This document shows, in pieces, positions 1-10,600 of a stretch of 42,974 nt of DNA. Numbering within the stretch: the first letter of the stretch is position 1; each line of letters starts with the position of its first letter. This stretch comes from Guillardia theta CCMP2712 (Eukaryota; Protista; Cryptophyta), in NCBI RefSeq assembly GCF_000315625.1, contig NW_005434432.1, forward strand, positions 10,216-53,189, in the 5' to 3' direction. The notes beneath the pieces are model-generated. The model was given only the letters and a program-made list of their open reading frames with translations, did not search any database and was not told where the DNA came from. Made by a program: the position numbers and the translations under genes.

Positions 1-1446
1 CAAAACACAAGCCCGAAAAGAACCAGCACTGCTGGCACCCAGACCCGGCACCGCCAGCCCAAGCGCGAAGCCGCGCAGACAAGCAGCCTAAGGGTCAAGC
101 AATCAAGCAACAAACAGCAGGAGCATGCAGGAGGAATAAAATCCCTTAGACGCGATACCTGGAGGCAGCCGACTGACCACTGTCAGTCGAGACGTCCGCG
201 GCTGCCGCCACAAAGCTGGCGGCCGCGGACGGAGAAAGGGCAGCCGCCGATTTGCTGCGAGGTTTAGCTTGTTCCTGCTTGTTTTGCTTGAGGCACTTTT
301 TACCTTCTGCCAGTAAATCCGTAGGTGCTGCTGGTCCGAGCTCGCCTGCTTCCTCCCCGGCATCGGTCGGGTCACGCCGGTCCTTGGGCATTGCCAAGTT
401 GCTGCGGCGTCGCCGCCGTCACGGGCGGCTACCGCTGACTCGGCGGCTAGCGAGGAGGACTACCTCGAGCGGTACCGCGGTCCTGTGTCCAGCCTCCCTC
501 CGTCCGCTGCCCCAGGCGGACCCCCGGGCAACGCCGNNNNNNNNNNNNNNNNNNNNNNNNNNNNNNNNNNNNNNNNNNNNNNNNNNNNNNNNNNNNNNNN
601 NNNNNNNNNNNNNNNNNNNNNNNNNNNNNNNNNNNNNNNNNNNNNNNNNNNNNNNNNNNNNNNNNNNNNNNNNNNNNNNNNNNNNNNNNNNNNNNNNNNN
701 NNNNNNNNNNNNNNNNNNNNNNNNNNNNNNNNNNNNNNNNNNNNNNNNNNNNNNNNNNNNNNNNNNNNNNNNNNNNNNNNNNNNNNNNNNNNNNNNNNNN
801 NNNNNNNNNNNNNNNNNNNNNNNNNNNNNNNNNNNNNNNNNNNNNNNNNNNNNNNNNNNNNNNNNNNNNNNNNNNNNNNNNNNNNNNNNNNNNNNNNNNN
901 NNNNNNNNNNCACACAAAACACAAGCCCGAAAAGAACCAGCACTGCTGGCACCCAGACGCGGCAGCGCCAGCCACTCGACGTGTTTCCCACATCGGAGTC
1001 GGAGACCTCCGGCGAAGACTCCCCCTCGGGCGACTCGACAAAGTCCGAGGAGGAGCTGTCCTCTGGCTCGAGAAGTGCTTGCGCCCGCAAGGGCGTCATG
1101 CGCCTGGCACCAGACAAGAGCGCCTCCAGCGTCAGCTGCATAGTGAGGCGCTGATAGGTGGCGGCGCGTTTGCGAGCCAGGACCTCAGCAGCAGGGCCGT
1201 CATCAGGCACGAAGTGCCGACCAAACGCCGCATCCTCAAGAGGCATCGAGCGCTGAGCAATGATGTCCGCGAGATACCAGATGAAGCGGAGGGTGTCAGG
1301 ATGCAGGGTACCGTCCGTCGAGATGGCAAGAGGGATGAACGCTCGAGGAGGAGTAGTCATGGCATATGCACCCACTTGGTCAGGTCGGCAGAGCTACCAA
1401 TGGAAAATGAGCGTGACCTGAGCCACTCTCCGATGCGAGTCTCGAA

Positions 1447-1753
1447 AGGGGGCGCGGCAGCCTTCACCGCCCCAAGGACAGCAGCAGCAGCTGCAGCAGA
1501 AGCAGCAGCAGCAGCAGCAGCAGCAACTTCGGCGGTCACCTCGGCACCTGCAGCCCTCGTCCCACAGCAGCAGCTGCAGGAGTCGGAGCAGCTGCAACCG
1601 CCCCAGCAGCCCTCGCGAGGGCGGCGGCAACGGCAGAAACAGCAACGGCGGCGGCAGCCACATCCGCAGCCGCCGCAGCCGCAGCCGCAGCCGCAACACC
1701 ACCGCCACCAGCAGCACCCGCAGCAGCAGCAGCCGCAGCCGCAGCACCCGCGT

Positions 1754-1802
<49 letters not shown>

Positions 1803-1869
1803 GCCAGCGTCAGCAGCAGCGTCCGCGTCAGCAGCAACACCAGCAACCACCACAGCAGCGACCACAACC
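1447..1869 (+). repeat. CAG/CCG/CAA-rich poly-Ala/poly-Gln segment, N-terminal part of the retroelement ORF
   Basis: Ends in ACAACC (1864-1869). The RT fragment resumes with ACAACC (4159-4164) in the same frame: ...QQRPQP|RGPREQRQ... Confidence 0.75.
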
Positions 1870-1877
1870 TGCTTGAG

Positions 1878-4113
1878 CATATAGGATTTACTGGCAGAAG
1901 ATAAAAAGTGCCTCAAGCAAAACAAAGCAGGAACAAGCTGAACCGGCAGGTACACAGTCCACAGCGAGAAGCTGCACAATCACACACAAAACACAAGCCC
2001 GAAAACAACCAGCACTGCTGGCACCCAGACGCGGCAGCGCCAGCCCAAGCGCGAAGCCGCGCAGACAAGCAGCCTAAGGGTCAAGCAATCAAGCAACAAG
2101 CAGCAGGAGCATGCAGGAGGAATAAAATCCCTTACACGCGATACCCGGAGGCAGCCGACTGACCACTGTCAGTCGAGACGTCCGCTGCCGCCACAAAGCG
2201 GGCGGCCGCGGACGGAGAAAGGGCAGCCGCCGACAAGGAGCCGGCGTTGCCCGGGGGTCCGCCTGGGGCAGCGGACGGAGGGAGGCTGGACACATGAACA
2301 CGGTACCGCTCGAGGTAGTCCTCCTCGCTAGCCTCCGAGTCAGCGGTAGCCGAGTCAGTGGTAGCCGCCCGTGACGGCGGCGACGCCGCAGCAATGCCCA
2401 AGGATCGGCGTGACCCGACCGATGCCGGGGAGGAAGCAGGCGAGCTCGGACCAGCAGCAAGCACCCCAGTGGTGTCGAGCTCTCCGGAGGCACCCGACGT
2501 CACAGTGAGGGACGGAGACGCCTCGCCAGCTCCGCGCCGATCGTCGGGGCCACTCGAAGGGTTTCCCCCATCGGAGTCGGAGACCTCCGGCGAAGACTCC
2601 CCCTCGGGCGACTCGACAAAGTCCGAGGAGGAGCTGTCCTCTGGCTCGAGAAGTGCTTGCGCCCGCAAGGGCGTCATGCGCCTCGCACCAGACAAGAGCG
2701 CCTCCAGCGTCAGCTGCATGGTGAGGCGCTGATAGGTGGCGGCGCGTTTGCGAGCCAAGACCTCAGCAGCAGGTCCGTCATCAGGCACGAAGTGCCGACC
2801 AAACGCCGCATCCTCAAGAGGCATCGAGCGCTGAGCAATGATGTCCGCCAAATACCAGATGAAGCGGAGGGTGTCAGGATGCAGGGTACCGTCCGTCGAG
2901 ATGGCAAGAGGGATGAACGCTCGAGGAGGAGTAGTCATGGCATATGCAGCGCGATGTTTGCGAATCTTCTCAGACGCTGCAACATGGAGGGCGTCGAGGT
3001 TGACCTCCCCCCACTTGGTCAGGTCGGCAGAGCTACCAATGTAAGGGTGGACCAACGTCACGTCCGCCATCAAGCCCTCGTACTGCTCGGACCCTCGATC
3101 GCGGATTCCAGGGATGTGGATATCGCCCTTCATCTTGCGGCCATGAGGATGGGAGGGTACCTGCCGTCGAGAACGAGGATCCCCCACTGTATCGATGACG
3201 CTCTGAAGACCAGCTTCGTTCAGCATCGACCGAATCGTACGAGTAAGGTTGTCATGCGCCGTGGGAAGCTTGGAGGATCGGCGTTTGCAGGTCTGGAGAT
3301 GATGTGCAGCAACGGAGGGATCGAGCTCGCGCTGACATCCATCACATTTCGTCGGACACTGGCAGATCGGCATGCCATGGAGATAGCAGTCGAGCATCTG
3401 AGCATAGCGGTGCGGGAAGGCCTTGAGGGGGTAGTAGCTCGAGACTCGCATCGGAGAGTGGCTCAGGTCTCGCTCAGGAAAATGAGCGAAGATGGTAGAC
3501 TGCAAGACCCTATCCTGCGACTTGAGCGAGTGTGTCCTGCGGCTGTGCAAGGTGAGGATATCACGCTGCTGATCGGTCAGCGCAGCGCGAGCATGCACAT
3601 GTATATAGGATTTACTGGCAGAAGATAAAAAGTGCCTCAAGCAAAACAAAGCAGGAACAAGCTGAACCGGCAGGTACACAGTCCACAGCGAGAAGCTGCA
3701 CAATGTCGAGGGAAGACGCGCATTACAAGAGGAGTCACATTTCGCTGCGCAGGGGGAGGAATGAAGTGCTCATGAGACGAGTCGACGAGAGCGCGCAAAC
3801 CAGGGATGTGTACCACAGATGCCGGGGGGCGTCCTGCGTCATCAGGCACAGCAGCCGGGGCAGGTGGGATCGCCGCGCCATCTGCAGCCGGTGCAGGAGC
3901 CTTGACACGACGGTAGAGGATCGCTCCAGCATTATGAACGAAGTCGTGCGCCTCAACGAAGAAGGTCGCCAGAGGATGCTTCTGGGCACGGAGAGATCTC
4001 GAGCAGTGAACGTCCAGGCTATGAGGAGAGGGCAACATCCGGGACATCGGCTGGTCAGAGTACCAAGCGAGGAAGCGAGCGATAGCCGTATAGTAAACAG
4101 CGGGGTGTAGACC
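1878..4113 (-). mobile_element. 2.2-kb 5'-truncated copy (post-RT region, CCHC knuckle, RLE endonuclease, acidic tail, 3' UTR), interrupted by a 100-bp insert at 3603-3702
   Basis: CDGC-x9-HHLQTC, AHDN, KGDIHI, MADVTLVHP, EKIRKH and FIPLAISTDG match the RLE pattern of CRE/R2-group elements. Flanked by the TSD CTTGAG (1872-1877 / 4114-4119). Confidence 0.88.
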
Positions 4114-4158
4114 CTTGAGGCACTTTTTATCTTCTGCCAGTAAATCCTATATCTATCT

Positions 4159-5930
4159 ACAACCGCGCGGGCCGAGGGAGCAGCGGCAGTCCGGCCAATC
4201 GTCTCAGGAGTCTGAGCCTGCTCCTCCGCCGCGACCTACGCTGTCCCTCACCTCTGCGAGCGAGCGCCAAAGACAGTTGGCGATTCATCAGTTCACTGCG
4301 GGTGACCTTCATCGGGCGGTACGGACACTACTGAGCTCCGGCATCTACAGGGCTGAATCTTTCGCTGATCTTCTTGCTGAAGCACAAGAGAAGTTCCCTG
4401 ATGGTGCGTCGCCTGCCTTTGGAAGTGCTTCCGCGGATCATCTCACCCAGCAAGCGCTTGCAGTACTGCAGGTGGATTTGACTGACATCCTCGACACCAC
4501 TAGCCTGATCCAGGCAATCAAGCGCTACAGCTCCTTTGCGGGGACCGATGACCAAGGGTGGAGGATTCGGCAACACCTGTCACCCCTTTCTAGTCATCCT
4601 GCAGCTTTGAAGCTCTACTGCAAACATATCCTCCAAGGGGTCCTTCTTGGCCGGATGCCGGATCTTCTTATTCCTGCCCTGTCAGCCATTCGTCGAGGAG
4701 GCAGATTTATTCCCCTCTCCAAGGGAGCTGATAAACCTGGTCTCCGGCCAATTGTCATCGGTTCTGCACACCGTCGACTCGCGACGAAGCTTGCTTTGGC
4801 AGCGATTCGCTCATTTCTTGACCAGCACTTCCTCTCGTCTCACCCTCGAGCGATTCAGTTCGGACTCGATCGAGACGGCTGTCTGAAGTTCTCGCAAACC
4901 GCGCCAGCGCTCCTGCCCCTTCACGCTCGCGGTGATGATGAGGATGTTGCCAACCCCACAGTGCTGGTGAGTTTGGATGCAAAGAACGCCTTCAACTCCC
5001 TCGACCGCCAGGCTCTCTTCGATGCAATCGAGGGACGTGCGAGTCGCGACTACTTTGATGGGAGCATCACTGAAGGCGCAAGCTTGCCCTCTTGCGAGCA
5101 TCTCCGTTTGTTCGCCTCCTACCTCTCCAGCTACTATGGAGACTCTGCTGACCTTCGACTCTTTCACAAAAGTCAGTCAGCCTCCGTTCAGTGTACCTCG
5201 GGCGTCTGTCAGGGCGATGTCCCCTCCAGCGTATTTTTCTGCCACAGTATCCACCCCCTGCTCCTCCATATCGCAGAGCTTTTTCCCTCTGTTCGAGTCT
5301 TGGCCTATGCTGACAACGTCGTGCTTGTCGGTCCACTCGAGGATGCCGTTGCAGCTACGTCCGCTATGAAGAAGTACATGTTAGCTGATCTGAAGCTAGA
5401 GATTCAACCTCGCGAGTCGAAAGTTTACATCCCCTCCTGGCATCAACACCCTGATCTCTCGCAGCTGAAGAAGAGCCTTAAGCGCCGTCTCAAGACTCAA
5501 CTTCTTCACTTCGAGGTCGTCACTGGCGGGATTACACTTGGCGGCCTGCCTATCGGCACGGATGGATTTCATGCTAGTCAGCTCCGAGCGAAGGTTTCTA
5601 CCCTCAACGAAGAGCTCTCGAAGCTCGGGCTCGTCCAGCATGGCTTCATGTTCAAGACGCTGGTGAGCTCCAGAAGCTTGACCTCTCTGTCCACCTGGCG
5701 CTTGAGAAATACCACCGCTGGCCTTCCTCGCAGTACCTCGCCGCGCATCCCGACCTGCTAGAGTTTGCGAGGTTCAAGCGGGAGCTTCCGCATAGTCGGG
5801 GAGGGGACGAGTTCACGCCCTCTGAGGGTCTACACCCCGCTGTTTACTATACGGCTATCGCTCGCTTCCTCGCTTGGTACTCTGACCAGCCCATGTCCCG
5901 GACGCTGACCTCTCCTCATAGCCTGGACGT
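4159..5930 (+). pseudogene. Reverse transcriptase of the CRE-like element, frameshifted near 5670-5700
   Basis: RT motifs LRPIVIG, QFG, SLDAKNAFNSLDR, GVCQGDVPSS, AYADNVVLVG, LGGLPIG. The downstream frame LLEFARFKRELPHSRGG joins sequence seen in other copies. Confidence 0.9.
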
Positions 5931-6184
5931 TAGGGATTTTATTCCTCCTGCATGCTCCTGCTGCTTGTTGCTTGATTGCTTTGCCCTTAGGCTGCTTGTC
6001 TGCGCGGCTTCGCGCTTGGGCTGGCGCTGCCGCGTCTGGGTGCCAGCAGTGCTGGTTCTTTTCGGGCTTGTGTTTTGTGTGTGATTGTGCAGCTTCTCGC
6101 TGTGGACTGTGTGCCTGCCGGTTCAGCTTGTTCCTGCTTTGTTATGCTTGAGGCACTTTTTACCTTCTGCCAGTAAATCCTATA

Positions 6185-7626
6185 CTTCGTTCATAATGCT
6201 GGAGCGATTGCGATCCTCTACCGTCGTGTGAGGGCTCCTGCACCGGCTGCAGATGGCGCGGCGATCCGGAGGACTTAGGATTTACTGGCACCTGCCCCGG
6301 CTGCTGTGCCTGATGACGCAGGACGCCCCCCGGCATCTGTGGTACACATCCCTGGTTTGCGCGCTCTCGTCGACTCGTCTCGCTGTGGACTGTGTGCCTG
6401 CCGGTTCAGCTTGTTCCTGCTTTGTTTTGCTTGAGGCACTTTTTACCTTCTGCCAGTAAATCCTATATCTACCTCGTCTCATGAGCACTTCATTCCTCCC
6501 CCTGCGCAGCAAAATGTGACTCCTCTTGTCATGCGCGTCTTCCCTCGCCATGTGCATGCTCGCGCTGCGCTGACCGATCAGCAGCGTGATATCCTCACCT
6601 TGCACAGCCGCAGGACACACTCGCTTTGCTTGAGGCACTTTTTACCTTCTGCCAGTAAATCCTATAACCTCGCTCAAGTCGCAGGATAGGGTCTTGCAGT
6701 CTACCATCTTCGCTCATTTTCCTGAGCGTGACCTGAGCCACTCTCCGATGCGAGTCTCGAGCTACTACCCCCTCAAGGCCTATGCTCAGATGCTCGACTG
6801 CTATCTCCATGGCATGCCGATCTGCCAGTGTCCGACGGAATGTGATGGATGTCAGCGCGAGCTCGATCCCTCCGTTGCTGCACATCATCTCCAGACCTGC
6901 AAACGCCGATCCTCCAAGCTTCCCACGGCGCATGACAACCTTACTCGTACGATTCGGTCGATGCTGAACGAAGCTGGTCTTCAGAGCGTCATCGATACAG
7001 TGGGGGATCCTCGTTCTCGACGGCAGGTACCCTCCCATCCTCATGGCCGCAAGATGAAGGGCGATATCCACATCCCTGGAATCCGCGATCGAGGGTCTGA
7101 GCGGTACGAGGGCTTGATGGCGGACGTGACGTTGGTCCACCCTTACATTGGTAGCTCTGCCGACCTGACCAAGTGGGGAGAAGTCAACCTCGACGCCCTC
7201 CATGTTGCAGCGTCTGAGAAGATTCGCAAACATCGCGCTGCATATGCTATGACTACTCCTCCTCGAGCGTTCATCCCTCTTGCCATCTCGACGGACGGTA
7301 CCCTGCATCCTGACACCCTCCGCTTCATCTGGTATCTCGCGGACATCATTGCTCAGCGCTCGATGCCTCTTGAGGATGCGGCGTTTGGTCGGCACTTCGT
7401 GCCTGATGACGGCCCTGCTGCTGAGGTCCTGGCTCGCAAACGCGCCGCCACCTATCAGCGCCTCACTATGCAGCTGACGCTGGAGGCGCTCTTGTCTGGT
7501 GCCAGGCGCATGACGCCCTTGCGGGCGCAAGCACTTCTCGAGCCAGAGGACAGCTCCTCCTCGGACTTTGTCGAGTCGCCCGAGGGGGAGTCTTCACCGG
7601 AGGTCTGCGACTCCGATGGGGGAAGG
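6185..7626 (+). pseudogene. Post-RT, Zn-knuckle and RLE endonuclease part of the element, broken by three short self-insertions
   Basis: ORF 6694-7878 is nearly identical to the C-terminal part of ORF 2132-3703. Inserts at 6268-6288, 6382-6472 and 6626-6668. Confidence 0.85.
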
Positions 7627-10600
7627 CGACCGATGCCGGGGAGGAAGCAGGCGAGCTCGGACCAGCAGCAAGCACCCCAGTGGTGTCGAGCTCTCCGGAG
7701 GCCGGGCACCCGACGTCACAGTGAGGGACGGAGACGCCTCGCCAGCTCCGCGCCGATCGTCGGCGCCACTCTGGATGTTTCCCCCATCGGAGTCGGAGAC
7801 CTCCGGCGAAGACTCCTTCTCGGGCGACTCGATAAAGTCCGAGGAGGAGCTATAGACGGATTTACTGGCAGAAGGTAAAAAGTGCCTCGGGTGCCAGCAG
7901 TGCTGGTTCTTTTCGGGCTTGTGTTTTGTGTGTGATTGTGCAGCTTCTCGCTGTGCGCTGTGTGCCTGGAGGTTTAGCTTGTTCCTGCTTTGTTTTGCTT
8001 GAGGCTTTGTTTTGCGTGAGGCACTTTTTACCTTCTGCCAGTAAATCCATTGTTTCCTCAAGCAACGGAGGGCGTCATGCCGCAAGGGCGTCATGCGCCT
8101 GGCACCAGACAAGAGCGCCTCCAGCGTCAGCTGCATAGTGAGGCGCTGATAGGTGGCGGCGCGTTTGCGAGCCAGGACCTCAGCAGCAGGGCTGTCATCA
8201 GGCACGAAGTGCCGACCAAACGCCGCATCCTCAAGAGGCATCGAGCGCTGAGCAATGATGTCCGCCAGATACCAGATGAAGCGGAGGGTGTCAGGATGCA
8301 GGGTACCGTCCAAGAGGGATGAACGCTCGAGGAGGGAACCATGTCGGATTTACTGGCAGAAGGAGGAGTAGTCATGGCATATGCAGCGCGATGTTTGCGA
8401 ATCTTCTCAGACGCTGCAACATGGAGGGCGTCGAGGTTGAACTCCCCTGCTGCCCTTTCTCCGTCCACGACCGCCCGCTTTGTGGCGGCAGCGGACGTCT
8501 CGACTGACAGTGGTCAGTCGGCTGCCTCCGGGTATCGCGTCTAAGGGATTTTATCCTCCTGCATGCTCCTGCTGCTTGTTGCTTGATTGCCTGACCCTTA
8601 GGCTGCTTGTCTGCGCGGCTTCGCGCTTGGGCTGGCGGTGCCGCGTCTGGTTGCCAGCAGTGCTGGTTCTTTTCGGGCTTGTGTTTTGTGTGTGATTGTG
8701 CAGCTTCTCGCTGTTCGCTGTGTGCCCGGAGGTTTAGCTTGTTCCTGCTTTGTTATGCTTGAGGCACTTTTTACCTTCTGCCAGTAAATCCTATTCCCCA
8801 CTTGGTCAGGTCGGCAGAGCTACCAACGTAAGGGTGGACCAAAGTTGTCACGTCCGCCATCAAGCCCTCGTACTGCTCGGACCCTCGATCGCGGATTCCA
8901 GGGATGTGGATATCGCCCTTCATCTTGCGGCCATGAGGATGGGAGGGTACCTGCCGTCGAGAACGAGGATCCCCGACTGTATCGATGACGCTCTGAAGAC
9001 CAGCTTCGTTCAGCATCGACCGAATCGTACGAGTAAGGGTTGTCATGCGCCGTGGGAAGCTTGGAGGATCGGCGTTTGCAGGTCTGGAGATGATGTGCAG
9101 CAACGGAGGGATCGAGCTCGCGCTGACATCCATCACATTCCGTCGGACAATGGCAGATAGGCATGCCGCAGTGCCATGGAGATAGCAGCCGAGCATCTGA
9201 GCATAGCGGTGCGGGAAGGCCTTGAGGGGGTAGTAGCTCGAGACTCGCATCGGAGAGTGGCTCAGGTCTCGCTCAGGAAAATGAGGAAAGATGGTAGACT
9301 GCAAGACCCTATCCTGCGACTTGAGCCACTGGCAGAGTTGGGTACGGGAAGCTGAGGGAACGGATTTACTGGCAGAAGGTAAAAAGTGCCTCGAAGCAGT
9401 AAGGCGGGAAGGTGCTCAAAGAGCAGAACAAGGGTCTGATAGCTGGACGAGGAAGGATCATCTGCGCGGCTTCGAGCTTGGGCTGGCGAAGCCGGGTCTG
9501 CTGACGGTTGCCAGCAGTGCTGGTTCTTTTCGGGCTTGTGTGTGTTTGTGCAGCTTCTCGCTGGTCGCTGTGTGCAAGCAGGTTTAGCTTGTTCCCAGAG
9601 GGTTAAGGATTTACTGGCAGAAGGTAAAAAGTGCCTCAAGCAAAACAATGCAGGAACAAGCTAAACCTCCTGGCACACAGCGCACAGCGAGAAGCTGCAC
9701 AAACACACACAAAACACAAGCCCGAAAAGAACCAGCACTGCTGGCAACCGTCAGCAGACCCGGCACCGCCAGCCCAAGCGCGAAGCCGCACAGACAAGCT
9801 GCTCAACGAAGCTGGTCTTCAGAGCGTCATCGATACAGTCGGGGATCCTCGTTCTCGACGGCAGGTACCCTCCCATCCTCATGGCCGCAAGATGAAGGGC
9901 GATATCCACATCCCTGGAATCCGCGATCGAGGGTCCGAGCAGTACGAGGGCTTGATGGCGGACGTGACGTTGGAGGGGACGAGTTCACGCCCTCTGAGGG
10001 TCTACACCCCGCTGTTTACTATACGGCTATCGCTCGCTTCCTCGCTTGGTACTCTGACCAGCCGATGTCACGTACGCTGCCCTCTCCTCATAGCCTGGAC
10101 GTTCACTGCTCGAGATCTCTCCGTGCCCAGAAGCATCCTCTGGCGACCTTCTTCGTTGAGGCGCACGACTTCGTTCATAATGCTGGAGCGATCCTCTACC
10201 GTCGTGTGAGGGCTCCTGCACCGGCTGCAGATGGCGCGGCGATCCCACCTGCCCCGGCTGCTATGCCTGATGACGCAGGACGCCCCCCGGCATATGTGGT
10301 ACACATCCCTGGTTTGCGCGCTCTCGTCGACTCGTCTCATGAGCACTTCATTCCTCCGCCTGCGCAGCGAAATGTGACTCCTCTTGTCATGCGCGTCTTC
10401 CCTCGCCATGTGCATGCTCGCGCTGCGCTGACCGATCAGCAGCGTGATATCCTCACCTTGCACAGCCGCAGGACATACTCGCTCAGTGGCTCAGGTCTCT
10501 ATCCTGCGACTTGAGCGAGTACGTCCTTCGGCTGTGCAAGGTAAGAATATCACGCTGCTGATCAGTGAGGGCAGCGCGAGCATGGGACATGGCGAGGAAA

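Noticed and set aside
252-1154. Long ORFs spanning N runs (also near 36.0-36.3, 38.3 and 39.3 kb)
   Set aside because: Their length comes from assembly gaps.
1870-4158. Single twin-primed insertion with a 3' end at both junctions
   Set aside because: The inner CTTGAG duplication explains it more simply as two sequential insertions.
9598-9608. GAGGGTTAAGG as an interstitial telomere repeat
   Set aside because: Only one unit; no telomeric array in the window.
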